Sequence record: MK047718.1
DNA from: Escherichia phage p000y
Reading direction: 5' to 3' (one strand)
Length of the DNA: 64,000 bases
The notes below the pieces were generated by a model that saw only the letters and a program-made list of their open reading frames with translations, searched no databases and had not been told where the DNA came from. Numbering within the stretch: the stretch's first letter is position 1; the number at the start of each line of letters is the position of its first letter. The translations under genes and the position numbers were made by a program. Positions 10,367-20,330 of this stretch are shown one piece after another.

Positions 10367-11494
10367 TTATTCTGATGCTTCTTTAAATTCTTGTCCAAAT
10401 ACCTTACCAGTATCAGTTGAAGATTGAGTAGGTAATGTCATTATGTCTGGAGCACTTAAAGATTCTGAAACATAATTTACACGAATACCATTTATACCAA
10501 ACTCAGCAGGTTTTGAAACGCTTCCATTACATGATACTTCAGTGAATATAACGTTTCTTAATCCGCCTTGCCCGACTGGAGCTGTACGATAACAATAAAT
10601 CGTGAACCCGTCAGCACCAGCAGGAATTTCTATGTAGTCTTCATATATCTTCCATTCACCTGCGCCCCCATCAAAGTTTATATCCTTAAATGAAATAGGT
10701 GAAGTAGAAGGAGATTTAAAGAAACGAATAGAAAGTCGTGTCGTCCCTTGTGCTAACAAATCGGCATCGGCCATTAGTTGGAATTTCATATAAAGGAAAT
10801 CTCCAGGCTTCAATTTATACCCAGCGAGAGGTGTAATAAGGGATGTTGTAGGCATCCTTTTAATTTCATTATTAGTACCTCCAATGGCAGATAAAAATGT
10901 GTCTGACGATTCATACGTACGTCTAGGGAAGCCGGTAGCACCAATATCATCGATCGTGTCGTACACAACATCAAGTGGTGTACTATAGTCGGTTGAAGTT
11001 TTCTTATTACTATACTTAATATGTTCTAGTGCTATAGCATTCTTACCAGAAATATAAAATGCAGAATAAGAAATGTCCACTATATTTAAAACTTGTTGAG
11101 CTAATGGAATAGCAGAACTCCCAGCTTTAGTAAACCATGCAAGAACTTCTGGTGGAAAGTTTGTTTTAGCGTTAGTAACAAGAGCAAATATAAAATTTGA
11201 AGCATATGTGTCCATGAAAGTAACAAATGCACTTGACGTGGTGTCGTTTTCAGTAGAGAAATTATATGTCTTAGATTCAACTACTGCACCTGTTGTAGGA
11301 TTTATTACACGAACGTTTAATCCAACGGAAAAAACCTGGGACCCAAGTGGATTATCCTGGAACTTAATATAAGCAGGAGATGTTGATAGCGGGCAAGAGC
11401 CCGCTATGCTTAATTTAAATCGTACTGAATTGCTTTCCGATAAAAATGGCGTTTGGACGTATCCTTGTCCAAACTTAGCCATAAATTTTTCCAT
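10367..11494 (-). CDS. 35: gp35, long tail fibre hinge
   Basis: 375 aa; position and size match T4 gp35. Confidence 0.8.
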   Translation of the reverse strand: MEKFMAKFGQGYVQTPFLSESNSVRFKLSIAGSCPLSTSPAYIKFQDNPLGSQVFSVGLNVRVINPTTGAVVESKTYNFSTENDTTSSAFVTFMDTYASNFIFALVTNAKTNFPPEVLAWFTKAGSSAIPLAQQVLNIVDISYSAFYISGKNAIALEHIKYSNKKTSTDYSTPLDVVYDTIDDIGATGFPRRTYESSDTFLSAIGGTNNEIKRMPTTSLITPLAGYKLKPGDFLYMKFQLMADADLLAQGTTRLSIRFFKSPSTSPISFKDINFDGGAGEWKIYEDYIEIPAGADGFTIYCYRTAPVGQGGLRNVIFTEVSCNGSVSKPAEFGINGIRVNYVSESLSAPDIMTLPTQSSTDTGKVFGQEFKEASE

Positions 11495-11502
11495 AATACC
11501 TC

Positions 11503-14500
11503 TTATTCAATCCACTCGAATTTAACAGATTTATTCACAGGGTCTGGAATAATGCGGACATTACCAATCCTTAAGAAATCCCTTATTGTCAAGTTTCCGA
11601 TTGTTGCATTATCAGAAGGTAAAGCACCAATATCAGATGGCTGAGGAGGGTTACCCCCATCAAATACTTGAACAAAACTTGACCAAGAATTTTTAGTTTT
11701 CTGCCATGTACGAGTCCAACGGGTTGTACGTGCTTCTGGGGTTGTTGGATAAGTAATCCAATCTTGGTAAAGTGAATCAAGTGTGTTACCAAACTGAGTC
11801 AGTGTACCAGGAGATTTAACTTCTTCGCCACGTTCTAAGTATGGAAGCCCAGTCACTTCATTAGTTTTTTCAACCATTTTAAAATAACCTGGGAACTGGT
11901 TATAAGTGGCTGAATCGTTAATATCAATTGACCAGAATCCTACATTATCAGATGTTGGCGCACGGGTATATAAATCGGATGTTTTAGTACCCTGAGAACG
12001 AATTCTCGAGTTAACAGTCAAACCGCCAGAATTTATAGTAGCACCTTTGGCAATGATTAAGCTTTCACCAATCGTAACTTGACCGGATTGATTATTAATT
12101 GATAATGGACGTAATCCATTAAATCCACCGGTCTGATCACCAGATGCAGTAAGCATAAAATATGTGCTGCCACCATCATTGCGAATAAAGAATCCGTAAT
12201 CACCACTAATTGCTCTGAAAGCATTTGCAGACTTGCTAATGAATTCGCCATTGGCTGTAACTGAACGACCAAATGTTGCAACGCCATTCGCATTTAACAT
12301 GCCGGATGCGTTAACATTTATTGGCATCACAGTACCATTGATACTAAACGTTATATTCCCGGCTTTATTACGTTGAGAATAAAAGTGATTAGATGTTTCA
12401 TCGCCAACTTCAAATACAGTAGAACGTGTTGTATCTGAACCACCACCAAATTCATTTCCCCAAACTCTGATAGTCATCGTCTGTGCTGGGTTAGTTCCAG
12501 TTTGAGGTCCTTTCTCAAAAATCAGACGAGTTGCCGTTCCAGTATTAGAAATAGTTAATGTACTATTTGCCGAAACTGAACCACCAAACGTAGCAGTACT
12601 AGATGATACAAGAGGGGCACTCAGATTCGTTTGTTGGGTTAAGGTTAGTGAACCATTAACCGTCTGTGCAATGTCCCTACGAATGAACTGAGATGAATCT
12701 AGGCCATCTAATAAATTTGCGTCAGCAGCTTTTGCTTTTAATGGCAAATAGTTAGCAAGTACACGGTTTAATTCATATGGAGAAATAGCATAACTATTTT
12801 TTTCATATGATTCTAAAGGTTGTGTTGAACCAACTGTATCATTACCAACGAATGTAATTGAACCAGATGAAGTTTTAACAAAACCTCTTATTGCAGTAGT
12901 AGCAGCCCATGTCGGTTCATTCTGGACAATCCATTTTAAATTCTTAGGAGATACAGCAGTATTAGCAGAAGTTCCTGTTACAGTTTCAGCCTGAGTAGCA
13001 ACCTTAATTACGCCTTCAGACGTTTCAGTGGACTTAGTCCCTAAAAGCTTTTTAGGAGTAATAAGAACATCATCTAAAGTTCCTGCATTAGATTCTGCTT
13101 GGGTCGCTACACGAAGTGTACCACGTTGTGTTTCATTTGCTTTAGAAATATCAAGAGTATAATGGTTCCACAAGGTTCCTTCTTCAATAAGTCCGGAATC
13201 AGAATTAACACTGGTACGGTCAGAAGAATCAAAATGAGTTTTAATTTTCAGTGGAGTTGAGATACGAGTATCATCAGTTCCAGTATCAAATTCAACTTGC
13301 GTAGCAAGTTCGGCTATGCCGGATAATCCTTCCGTAGCTTTCCTATCATTTAACGTCTTAGGCGTTACTGCACGTGTATAATCAGTCCCAGCATTAGTTT
13401 CTGTTTGCGTAGCAATTTCAATTAAACCAATACGTCCATCAGTAGAAGTTTTCTTATGTAGTGTTTCAGGAGTTACTACAGCGTGAGAATAACCTGCTTG
13501 AGATTGGCCGGCAATTACTTCACTATCAACAGCTAAAATTACTGCACCTTGTTGAGCATAAGTTGCTTTATATTGGTCAAGGGCTTTAGGAGAAATAGTT
13601 AAATTATTTACGGTTTTATTATAAACGTTAGTGCCTGCGGTACCACGAGTTTCAGCAGGAGTAGCAGAAGTAGTTGATACATATTTAACTATACCAGATA
13701 GTGTTTCAGAACCCTGACGGGCCTGTAATTTCTTAGGCGTAATAATCGTTGTGTCATCAAGACCAGCATCGGTTTCAGCCTGAGTAGCAATTTCAGCAAG
13801 ACCGCGACGAGTTTCAGTTGCTGTACGCCCATTTAGTTTTTTAGGCGTAACAATAGTATCGTCCACAAATGTTGCTGTGGAATTCTGGTTAACTTGTGCT
13901 GTTGTAGCAATTTTAGCGATACCACGTCGAGCTTCAGTTGCTGTACGATTTGCCAACGTTTCAGGAGTAATAGCCACTTCTTTAGCCGGAGTATTCTCTA
14001 AATCAACATTTGCTTGCGCTTGAGTAGCAAGAGCAATAACACCTAAACGAGCTCGTGTAGCATCAGTTCCAGCATCAACACGTTCTACCGTAGGGACGTT
14101 TTGTTGAACGACCCAATAACGTGTACCAGCAACGGTGTCTTCGATATACGCTAATTCTAATACAGGAACATATGAAGTAGTGCCATTGAATTCTAGTTCA
14201 GTAACAGAGACCCATTGAGCATCAGGTGGATATTCAGAACGTTTAGGGAACTGAAGCAATGCAACAGAAGAAGCAATTGTATCACCTTCGGCAGCTTTAA
14301 TTTTTACTGTTTGGCCTTTACGCATGTAGTTCATTGAAATTTTAACAGTGTCACCACTCAAAATTCCGGAAGGCAGCGTAAGATTAATAGTTCCGGCTGT
14401 AGCGTTATTTGTGCCAAAAATAAGAACTTCTTCATTTGGACGAATATTTGAATCCGCACGGATAATACGAAGACGCGATTTCTGGTCGCCTTCCCATATA

Positions 14501-15378
14501 CGCCATAAACTATTTGCAGCATCAAAAACAAAAAACGCGTCAGAGTCATTTCTGCCTTCGGCAATATGAGTCCCGACTTCACCAATAGACGTTGTATCAT
14601 CAAATGTTTTAACAATTGTATGATACAGTGGGTTTAATTTATCTAAATCAACTAGGTGGATTATATCACCGTTGTTAGCATTACGTGGAAGTGTAATGTT
14701 GATTGGTGCTGCACTAGTAAAACGACGAACGATAAAATCATTTGCTTGTGCTTGATATGGTGTCGCAGGTGTAACAGTGATTGATTCTTTACCATAATCG
14801 GTAATATACATCTGCCACAAACGATTACTAAACACAAACAATAGTTGTGAACGTGGGCGCGTCATTAAAACCGTACGAACTTGTTCACCTCTAAAGTTTA
14901 AAATACTCTGTACAGACGCGTTAATCTGTACTTTAACTGTCCCGGTTCTTCCACCAATATCAGCCAAAACAACAGTATCACCATCAACCGGCGTATTTGG
15001 CAACGTGAAAACCATATCATTGCCGGCACCAGTGTTAACCGAAATAGATTCACCTGAAGAAAGTTGATAAGTCCCAGAAGCGACAGTTATCCATTGTGCA
15101 TCAGTACGAACTGCACGCCATTGTAAAAGGTTAAATGCCCCGGAAGGAGACACGATATCATTTATTGCTTGATATAAACGGTTGTCATAAAGAACAACAA
15201 ATCCTTTGTTATATCCACGCGTAGAATCATATACTTGAACGGTGTTTTCTTGTACCAGGAAGTCAACGTTTACGCCATCAGTACCTACTGTACGGTCGGC
15301 TAATGCTACGTTAACAATCTTGTCGCCACCGGCGTCCAGACCGTCTTCGGCTCTGAACTTACGTTTGATGTCGGCCAT
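11503..15378 (-). CDS. 34: gp34, long tail fibre proximal subunit
   Basis: 1291 aa; multiple roughly 40-aa tail-fibre repeats (ITPKKL ... ATQAE ...); size matches T4 gp34. Confidence 0.9.
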   Translation of the reverse strand: MADIKRKFRAEDGLDAGGDKIVNVALADRTVGTDGVNVDFLVQENTVQVYDSTRGYNKGFVVLYDNRLYQAINDIVSPSGAFNLLQWRAVRTDAQWITVASGTYQLSSGESISVNTGAGNDMVFTLPNTPVDGDTVVLADIGGRTGTVKVQINASVQSILNFRGEQVRTVLMTRPRSQLLFVFSNRLWQMYITDYGKESITVTPATPYQAQANDFIVRRFTSAAPINITLPRNANNGDIIHLVDLDKLNPLYHTIVKTFDDTTSIGEVGTHIAEGRNDSDAFFVFDAANSLWRIWEGDQKSRLRIIRADSNIRPNEEVLIFGTNNATAGTINLTLPSGILSGDTVKISMNYMRKGQTVKIKAAEGDTIASSVALLQFPKRSEYPPDAQWVSVTELEFNGTTSYVPVLELAYIEDTVAGTRYWVVQQNVPTVERVDAGTDATRARLGVIALATQAQANVDLENTPAKEVAITPETLANRTATEARRGIAKIATTAQVNQNSTATFVDDTIVTPKKLNGRTATETRRGLAEIATQAETDAGLDDTTIITPKKLQARQGSETLSGIVKYVSTTSATPAETRGTAGTNVYNKTVNNLTISPKALDQYKATYAQQGAVILAVDSEVIAGQSQAGYSHAVVTPETLHKKTSTDGRIGLIEIATQTETNAGTDYTRAVTPKTLNDRKATEGLSGIAELATQVEFDTGTDDTRISTPLKIKTHFDSSDRTSVNSDSGLIEEGTLWNHYTLDISKANETQRGTLRVATQAESNAGTLDDVLITPKKLLGTKSTETSEGVIKVATQAETVTGTSANTAVSPKNLKWIVQNEPTWAATTAIRGFVKTSSGSITFVGNDTVGSTQPLESYEKNSYAISPYELNRVLANYLPLKAKAADANLLDGLDSSQFIRRDIAQTVNGSLTLTQQTNLSAPLVSSSTATFGGSVSANSTLTISNTGTATRLIFEKGPQTGTNPAQTMTIRVWGNEFGGGSDTTRSTVFEVGDETSNHFYSQRNKAGNITFSINGTVMPINVNASGMLNANGVATFGRSVTANGEFISKSANAFRAISGDYGFFIRNDGGSTYFMLTASGDQTGGFNGLRPLSINNQSGQVTIGESLIIAKGATINSGGLTVNSRIRSQGTKTSDLYTRAPTSDNVGFWSIDINDSATYNQFPGYFKMVEKTNEVTGLPYLERGEEVKSPGTLTQFGNTLDSLYQDWITYPTTPEARTTRWTRTWQKTKNSWSSFVQVFDGGNPPQPSDIGALPSDNATIGNLTIRDFLRIGNVRIIPDPVNKSVKFEWIE

Positions 15379-15408
15379 TCGTTTTTCCTTTATTGTTTCA
15401 ATAATACT

Positions 15409-15416
15409 TATTTATA
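15409..15416 (-). promoter_or_regulatory. Late promoter TATAAATA for gene 34
   Basis: Plus strand TATTTATA about 30 nt upstream of gene 34 start codon. Confidence 0.6.
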
Positions 15417-15419
15417 CCA

Positions 15420-15450
15420 GTTTACGCTTTCAAATGAGTGTGTTACTATA
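15420..15450 (+). promoter_or_regulatory. Early promoter (GTTTACG ... TGTGTTACTAT) for rnh
   Basis: GTTTAC box, extended -10 TGTG, TACTAT. Confidence 0.55.
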
Positions 15451-15481
15451 GACAAGTTGACTAACTGAACAAGAGGTTCAT

Positions 15482-16399
15482 ATGGATTTAGAAATGATGT
15501 TGGATGAAGATTACAAAGAAGGTATTGCGCTTGCCGACTTTAGTAACATTGCACTGGCAGCCGCATTAAACAACTTTGAAGACGGCGATAAAATTACAGT
15601 TCCAATGGTTCGCCATGTAATCTTGAATTCAATTCGTAAAAACGTAGTGATGTTCCGTAAGCAAGGCTATACAAAATTTGTATTGTGTATGGATAATGCT
15701 ACTTCGGGTTATTGGCGTCGAGACTTTGCTTACTATTACAAGAAAAATCGTAAAACCGATCGTGAAGCTTCAAAGTGGGATTGGGAAGGATATTTTACTG
15801 CACTCCATCAAGTTGTTGATGAGATTAAGAAATACATGCCATACGTTGTAATGGATATTGACAAGTATGAAGCGGATGACCATATCGGTGTATTAACTAA
15901 ATATTTGTCATTAGCTGGACATAAAGTATGTATTGTTGCATCAGATGGTGACTTTACACAATTACACAAATATCCTAACGTTAAACAGTGGTCGCCACCA
16001 CAGAAAAAATGGGTTAAAATTAAGAATGGTTCTGCTGAAATTGATTGCATGACTAAAATTCTTAAAGGTGACCGTAAGGATGGTGTTGCATCTGTTCGAG
16101 TTCGTGGCGACTTCTGGTTTACCAGAGTTGATGGTGAACGAACTCCGAGTATGAAAACATCGATTATTGAAGCAATTGCCAATGACCGTTCTCAAGCTGA
16201 AGTATTATTAAGTGCAGAAGAATATAAACGGTATCAAGAAAATTTGGTTCTCATTGATTTTGATTATATCCCTGATAATATTGCTTCAACCATTATAGAG
16301 TATTATAACTCGTATAAACAACAACCTAAAGGCAAGATTTATTCATACTTTGTAAAATCTGGTCTTTCTAAATTAACAAGTGTAATTAATGAATTCTGA
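15482..16399 (+). CDS. rnh: RNase H (5'-3' exonuclease / flap endonuclease)
   Basis: 305 aa; matches remembered T4 RNase H N-terminus and size. Confidence 0.9.
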   Translation: MDLEMMLDEDYKEGIALADFSNIALAAALNNFEDGDKITVPMVRHVILNSIRKNVVMFRKQGYTKFVLCMDNATSGYWRRDFAYYYKKNRKTDREASKWDWEGYFTALHQVVDEIKKYMPYVVMDIDKYEADDHIGVLTKYLSLAGHKVCIVASDGDFTQLHKYPNVKQWSPPQKKWVKIKNGSAEIDCMTKILKGDRKDGVASVRVRGDFWFTRVDGERTPSMKTSIIEAIANDRSQAEVLLSAEEYKRYQENLVLIDFDYIPDNIASTIIEYYNSYKQQPKGKIYSYFVKSGLSKLTSVINEF

Positions 16400-16406
16400 G
16401 GTAAAC

Positions 16407-16676
16407 ATGGCTAAGAAAGAAGCAGTTGAATTTAATCAAGATGTGCACGGTGAAGAACTGGCTAAACTAGTCAAGGAAGCTTCCGATAACAAACTTAAAA
16501 TTTCTGGTTATAATGAACTGATTAAAGACATTCGTACTCGTGCTAAAGAAGAGCTTGGTGTTGATGGAAAAATGTTTAATCGTTTGTTAGCTCTTTATCA
16601 TAAAGACGCTCGTGACCAATTTGAAGCTGAAAACGAAGAGGTAGTCGAGCTTTATGACACAGTTTTCACTAAGTGA
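16407..16676 (+). CDS. dsbA: DsbA, dsDNA-binding protein
   Basis: 89 aa from internal ATG (MAKKEAVEF...); RBS GAGG; matches remembered T4 DsbA. Confidence 0.75.
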   Translation: MAKKEAVEFNQDVHGEELAKLVKEASDNKLKISGYNELIKDIRTRAKEELGVDGKMFNRLLALYHKDARDQFEAENEEVVELYDTVFTK

Positions 16677-16992
16677 TATTAAACCGGTTGATGAGGCCGG
16701 TTTATCTGAACAAGAATTAGCAGTAAAACACGATAAAGATGATATCGCTAAATTGCTTGACCGACAAGAAAACGGATTCATTATCGAATCCATGGTTGAA
16801 CAATTTGGTATGTCTTATTTAGAAGCAACAACTGCTTTCTTGGAAGAAAATTCTATTCCAGAAACACAATTTGCTAAATTTATTCCTACAGGAATTGTTG
16901 AAAAAATTACAAGCGAAGCAATTGACGAAAACATGCTTCGCCCATCAGTTGCTCGTGGTGAAAAAACTAATACGTTAGATTTCTTATTATGA
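16654..16992 (+). CDS. 33: gp33 late transcription co-activator
   Basis: 112 aa; position and size as T4 gp33. Confidence 0.7.
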   Translation: MTQFSLSDIKPVDEAGLSEQELAVKHDKDDIAKLLDRQENGFIIESMVEQFGMSYLEATTAFLEENSIPETQFAKFIPTGIVEKITSEAIDENMLRPSVARGEKTNTLDFLL

Positions 16993-17642
16993 TTAAAATA
17001 CGCATGCCTCCTGATGGAGAACGTTATATTAACGGAAAATCGGTATACAAACTATACTTGATGTGCAAACAACATTTTAATGGTCGGTATGACGTAATCA
17101 AATATAACTGGTGCATGCGTGTTTCGGATAATGCGTATCAAAAACGCCGAGATAAATATTTCTTTGAAAAACTAGCAGAGAAATATAAATTGAAGGAACT
17201 CACCTTGATATTCATAAGCAACTTAGTTGCTAACCAAGACGCATGGATTGGTGAGATATCAGACGCTGATGCATTAGTTTTCTATAGGGAATATATTGGA
17301 CGTCTCAAACAAGCTAAAGAGACGTTTTCTGAAGACGTACGTAACATCTACTATTTCAGTAAGAAAGTTGAAGTTAGTGCGCTTCAAGAGATATTTGATT
17401 ATAATAACAACGTTCAGTCGAGCTACATATTCAAATTGCTACAAAGCAATATAATTTCATTTGAGACTTTCTTATTGTTAGACTCGTTTTTGAATATTAT
17501 AGATAAGCACGACGAACTCACTGACAATTTAGTGTGGCAAAATTATTCTACCAAATTAAAGGCATATCGAAAAATACTTCAAATCGATGGAAATGCTGCT
17601 AAGAAATTGTTCATAGAAACAATCAAATCATGTAAGTATTAA
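16989..17642 (+). CDS. 59: gp59 helicase loader
   Basis: 217 aa; MIKIRMPPDGERYINGKSVYKLYLM... closely matches remembered T4 gp59. Confidence 0.85.
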   Translation: MIKIRMPPDGERYINGKSVYKLYLMCKQHFNGRYDVIKYNWCMRVSDNAYQKRRDKYFFEKLAEKYKLKELTLIFISNLVANQDAWIGEISDADALVFYREYIGRLKQAKETFSEDVRNIYYFSKKVEVSALQEIFDYNNNVQSSYIFKLLQSNIISFETFLLLDSFLNIIDKHDELTDNLVWQNYSTKLKAYRKILQIDGNAAKKLFIETIKSCKY

Positions 17643-17671
17643 GCTTTATTTCTTGTGTGTTAAAATTACTT

Positions 17672-17679
17672 TATAAATA
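17672..17679 (+). promoter_or_regulatory. Late promoter TATAAATA upstream of gene 32
   Basis: Exact TATAAATA in the 59-32 intergenic region. Confidence 0.5.
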
Positions 17680-17699
17680 AATCATACCAGCTACGAGGT

Positions 17700-17767
17700 A
17701 TAAGTGTCGTAGCAACCAACTGTAAATAAATTAAATAATTTAAATAATCTAAATAAAGGTAAATATA
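17700..17767 (+). promoter_or_regulatory. Gene 32 translational operator: A/U-rich repeated (T)AAATAA tract in the 5' leader
   Basis: TAAATAAATTAAATAATTTAAATAATCTAAATAAA immediately upstream of the gp32 start; resembles the unstructured gp32 autoregulatory site. Confidence 0.5.
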
Positions 17768-18670
17768 ATGTTTAAACGTAAATCTACTGCTGACCTCGCT
17801 GCTCAAATGGCTAAACTGAACGGTAACAAAGGTTTCTCTTCAGAAGATAAAGGCGAATGGAAGCTGAAGCTAGATGCATCCGGTAATGGTCAAGCGGTAA
17901 TTCGTTTCTTGCCAGCAAAAACTGATGATGCACTACCATTTGCAATTCTTGTTAACCACGGTTTCAAGAAAAATGGTAAATGGTATATTGAAAATTGCTC
18001 TTCTACACATGGTGATTACGACTCTTGTCCTGTATGTCAGTACATTAGTAAAAATGACCTGTACAATACCAACAAAGCTGAATATTCTCAACTGAAACGT
18101 AAAACTTCTTATTGGGCTAATATTCTGGTTGTTAAAGACCCTCAAGCTCCAGATAATGAAGGTAAAGTATTTAAATATCGTTTCGGTAAAAAGATTTGGG
18201 ACAAAATCAATGCAATGATTGCAGTTGATACCGAAATGGGTGAAACTCCAGTTGATGTTACTTGTCCGTTTGAAGGTGCTAACTTCGTTCTGAAAGCTAA
18301 GCAGGTTTCTGGTTTTAGCAACTATGACGAATCTAAATTCTTGGGTCAATCTGAAATTCCTCGTATTAATGACGAAGCATTCCAGAAAGAACTATATGAC
18401 CAGATGGTAGACCTTACCACTTTGACGGCTAAAGACCAGTTCAAATCCTTTGAAAAATTAAATGAATCTTTCGCTAAGGTTCTTGGTACTGCCGCTCTTG
18501 GTGGTGCAGCAGCCGCAGCAGCTTCTGTTGCAGATAAAGTTGCTTCTGACCTTGACGATTTTGATAAAGACATGGAAGCCTTTAGTTCTGCAAAAACTGA
18601 AGATGACTTCATGAGTTCTACCTCATCCTCTGATGATGGTGACCTCGATGACCTGTTAGCTGGTCTATAA
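17768..18670 (+). CDS. 32: gp32 single-stranded DNA-binding protein
   Basis: 300 aa; zinc-binding H-x-C...C-x-x-C core ([11 protein letters not shown]); acidic C-terminal tail. Confidence 0.9.
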   Translation: MFKRKSTADLAAQMAKLNGNKGFSSEDKGEWKLKLDASGNGQAVIRFLPAKTDDALPFAILVNHGFKKNGKWYIENCSSTHGDYDSCPVCQYISKNDLYNTNKAEYSQLKRKTSYWANILVVKDPQAPDNEGKVFKYRFGKKIWDKINAMIAVDTEMGETPVDVTCPFEGANFVLKAKQVSGFSNYDESKFLGQSEIPRINDEAFQKELYDQMVDLTTLTAKDQFKSFEKLNESFAKVLGTAALGGAAAAAASVADKVASDLDDFDKDMEAFSSAKTEDDFMSSTSSSDDGDLDDLLAGL

Positions 18671-18676
18671 TAAATC

Positions 18677-18698
18677 GGGAGACTTCGGTCTCCCTTTT
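18677..18698 (+). terminator. Terminator GGGAGACTTCGGTCTCCC + TTTT after gene 32
   Basis: Perfect hairpin plus T-run. Confidence 0.65.
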
Positions 18699-18725
18699 GA
18701 GTATCTGTAAATTGCCGAAAAAGTT

Positions 18726-18760
18726 GTTTACTTCTTCCCTGGATGTATTAGTATAGACAT
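18726..18760 (+). promoter_or_regulatory. Early promoter (GTTTAC ... TATTAGTATAG)
   Basis: GTTTAC box and AT-rich -10 upstream of ORF 18784. Confidence 0.45.
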
Positions 18761-18783
18761 ATCAACAACATGAGGAAATCAAA

Positions 18784-19188
18784 ATGGAAATCGGAAAATC
18801 TTATATCATTAACCCTTTATTTAAAGACGACTTTGTTCAAGAAGCACCACATAATAACGCTAAGATGTTAAAACTGATTGAACTCCATGGGCCTAGTTTT
18901 GTTGTAAACGGAATGGAACCTGATTACGATAGCGATACGCCAAACGTAGTAAGTGTAACTATGGAAGATGGTACTGTATGTTCTGCCGGTGGTGAAATTG
19001 AAACTTATTTTGAGATTTATCCTGATGAGTTCAAATACTTTATTGAGTACTTTACTGAGGTAGATTTAGTAAAGCCTCAACCTACTAACGAAGGTATAAC
19101 TTTAGGTGTAACAAAAATCCATTGTATCGTAGATGAAACCAACGTCGACGAAATCATCGAACTTTTGCAAAAAACTTTTAAAAAGTAG
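18784..19188 (+). CDS. Hypothetical protein (134 aa)
   Basis: ORF with RBS GAGGAAA following early promoter. Confidence 0.6.
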   Translation: MEIGKSYIINPLFKDDFVQEAPHNNAKMLKLIELHGPSFVVNGMEPDYDSDTPNVVSVTMEDGTVCSAGGEIETYFEIYPDEFKYFIEYFTEVDLVKPQPTNEGITLGVTKIHCIVDETNVDEIIELLQKTFKK

Positions 19189-19220
19189 TTTACAATCAGA
19201 TAGGGTTATGTTATAGTAGC
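19188..19220 (+). promoter_or_regulatory. Early promoter with stem-loop (GATAGGG ... CCCTATC flanking the -10)
   Basis: GTTTACA then inverted repeat enclosing TATAGT. Confidence 0.5.
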
Positions 19221-19251
19221 CCTATCAAATAAAAGTGAAGAGGAGAATAAA

Positions 19252-19494
19252 ATGAGATTGCAACGCCAGAGCATCAAAGATTCAGAAGTTAGAGGTAAAT
19301 GGTACTTCAACATCGTTGGTAAAGATGCTGAACTCCTTGAACAAGCTGAAGAAGCTTTACGTGAAATGGGTTGGAACGAAGAATGTGATGGATGTCCACT
19401 CTACGAAGATGGTATATCATCCGGATTCTGGATTTATCACTCGGATGTCGACCAATTTAAAGCTGATTGGAAAATTGTGAAAAAGTCTGTTTGA
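19252..19494 (+). CDS. Hypothetical protein (80 aa)
   Basis: ORF with RBS GAGGAGAA. Confidence 0.6.
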   Translation: MRLQRQSIKDSEVRGKWYFNIVGKDAELLEQAEEALREMGWNEECDGCPLYEDGISSGFWIYHSDVDQFKADWKIVKKSV

Positions 19495-19503
19495 GGAAAT
19501 ACA

Positions 19504-19755
19504 ATGAAAACACTAAATTTACTTAAGGTTGGGGAAGACATAGATATTGCTGATATCTACAAAAATCTAACTTATTATGATAATTTATTTGTCGTTCAAA
19601 CCTTAAATGGCGATTATTACACTGTTTCTTTAGTGCGAAATAAATTTAAAAACAAATTTTACTTTTGTATTTATAATTATCACGGCCAACGCTCTAGCAA
19701 TTATATTGAACCATCTGACATATTTTATATTGAGGAATTAAAATGCTTAAATTAG
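19504..19755 (+). CDS. Hypothetical protein (83 aa)
   Basis: ORF with RBS GAGGAAA. Confidence 0.5.
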   Translation: MKTLNLLKVGEDIDIADIYKNLTYYDNLFVVQTLNGDYYTVSLVRNKFKNKFYFCIYNYHGQRSSNYIEPSDIFYIEELKCLN

Positions 19756-20330
19756 TATTCGCATGCGCACCATCTAAAACAGTTGATGATAAACTGGAAT
19801 ATGCTTTTGGATTAGGTGATGGACTTCCATGGAAGCATATCAAACAAGATATGAGTAACTTTGTTGCTCGCACTAAAAACACTGTAATGGTTATGGGTGC
19901 TAAGACTTTTGCATCATTACCTCGTCTACTCCCAGATCGTACTCATGTAGTTGTCACCGATATGTCTAGAAAACTGCCTAGGACTAAAAGCGACGAACTT
20001 GCACGGTTCTATATCACCCAAGCAGAATTTATTACCCTGGTGACTGGTAGTGAAATTAACTTGTTCGGCCCTTCAACAGACGTACCATTTAAACTTTCTA
20101 CTGAACATGTTGATGTATCTGTTATCGGTGGCCCGGCTCTATTAAAACAAGCACTGCCTTATGCCGATGAAATTGTGATGACTAAAATCATTAAGAAATG
20201 TCGTGTTAATTCAGACGTTCAACTTGATAAAGATTTCATCCAAGATATTATGCTTCAACGTTCTATGGTAGAATCTCATTACTACAGAATCGATGAACTC
20301 ACCGAAATTACTGAGAGCGTATATAAATGA
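19743..20330 (+). CDS. frd: Dihydrofolate reductase
   Basis: 195 aa; DHFR-like LPW and MGAKTF motifs; adjacent to td as in T4. Confidence 0.85.
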   Translation: MLKLVFACAPSKTVDDKLEYAFGLGDGLPWKHIKQDMSNFVARTKNTVMVMGAKTFASLPRLLPDRTHVVVTDMSRKLPRTKSDELARFYITQAEFITLVTGSEINLFGPSTDVPFKLSTEHVDVSVIGGPALLKQALPYADEIVMTKIIKKCRVNSDVQLDKDFIQDIMLQRSMVESHYYRIDELTEITESVYK

